Positions 63,297 through 64,000 of a DNA stretch of 64,000 bases are shown one piece after another. The position numbers and the translations under genes are program-made. The notes below the pieces were generated by a model that was not told the origin of the DNA, did not search any database, and was given only the letters and a program-made list of their open reading frames with translations. Numbering within the stretch: position 1 is the first letter of the stretch; every line of letters starts with the position of its first letter. This stretch comes from Mobula hypostoma (taxonomy: Eukaryota): assembly GCF_963921235.1 (NCBI RefSeq), contig NC_086097.1:48424001-48488000 (forward strand). The letters run 5' to 3'.

Positions 63297-63660
63297 GATC
63301 AAGGATCAAAGATTGACTTTATTTTTAACATTGCACGTATTAGGAATTAGCTGTGGTGTGTTGGTGTGACATGCGTTAAAAAACATTCAATAATTATAGT
63401 AAAGAATTATATAAAAAATAAACTTAGAGGATAAAGTTCAAATATGGACTAAAATGTGCATAATCACATAAATAACATATACTTACAATGTAAACATTGT
63501 AAAAAGAGGTTTTAAGTATTTACAGTGCAGTGCAGTGACCGAGATAATAGATAGAGGAGGTGGGCTGGCTAACTAGAATGGTTGATCATCACTGTTACTG
63601 AACAATAAAAGAAAACACAGGATAAGACACCAAAACACTATGGCCGCCATTTTGGGCAAT
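63297..63660 (-). mobile_element. Short LINE-derived element (TTGATCC-type tail) with possible 5' leader
   Basis: Homologous to 48283-48590 up to tagaatggttgatca, then diverges into a segment ending in gccgccattttg. Confidence 0.5.
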
Positions 63661-63679
63661 GCGATTAACTAGATAGGTT

Positions 63680-63890
63680 ATTGTGCAGTTCATATTGTGT
63701 ATATTATTCATTTACTTTTTTATTGTTTGTGCAATTTGTTCTTTTTTTTGCACATTAGATATTTTATGGTCTTCGTTGTGTTGATATTTTTCATAGATTC
63801 TTTTGTGTTTCTATGTTGTATGGATGCCTGCAAGAGGATGAATCTCAGTATTTTGATTATATATGTATGTTGAACTTTAAACTTTGATAG
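63680..63890 (+). repeat. (TTTGAAC)n-type LINE/SINE 3' tail
   Basis: Reverse complement resembles 59050-59230; ends ttgaactttaaactttga. Confidence 0.65.
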
Positions 63891-64000
63891 CAGGATAACT
63901 TTATGAATAGAAATGACTCTACTGATCTTCTGTATCACACCAGAAAAACAAAGTTCTGACTAGTCTGTCTGTTGAATGTCAAGTACTGTCTGATGACTAC

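Noticed and set aside
1..64000. CRISPR arrays, operons or other prokaryotic systems; the many 60-120 aa ORFs
   Set aside because: The DNA is vertebrate-like with no repeat-spacer array. The short ORFs are TE fragments, their antisense frames, or random.

Overview
Eukaryotic, AT-rich, repeat-dense genomic DNA, either intronic or intergenic. The repeat set (CR1 with (TTCTATG)n-type tails, Rex1/Babar, RTE, Penelope, V-SINE, Deu-type SINE) points to a cartilaginous fish, probably a ray or skate; this is inference. I see no intact host gene. Almost every long ORF is a decayed, often nested, transposable element: CR1, Rex1, RTE, R4/Dong, Penelope, Gypsy, Tigger/pogo, Harbinger and a Sola-like element. 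The standout is a two-LTR Gypsy element (about 30708-33558, minus strand). It keeps gag, protease and the pol C-terminal tail, but its RT/RNaseH/integrase is replaced by about 600 bp of intron-less sequence from the splicing-factor gene RBM25, i.e. an LTR element that captured a host mRNA. Other notable items are two apparent CR1 template-switch chimeras, a 5'-inverted RTE insertion, decayed minimal hammerhead ribozymes in Penelope repeats, a core-deleted Sola-like transposon, two candidate small exons on opposite strands, and a TE-poor island of about 6 kb that may be regulatory. All family assignments come from recognising motifs by eye; no database search was run.
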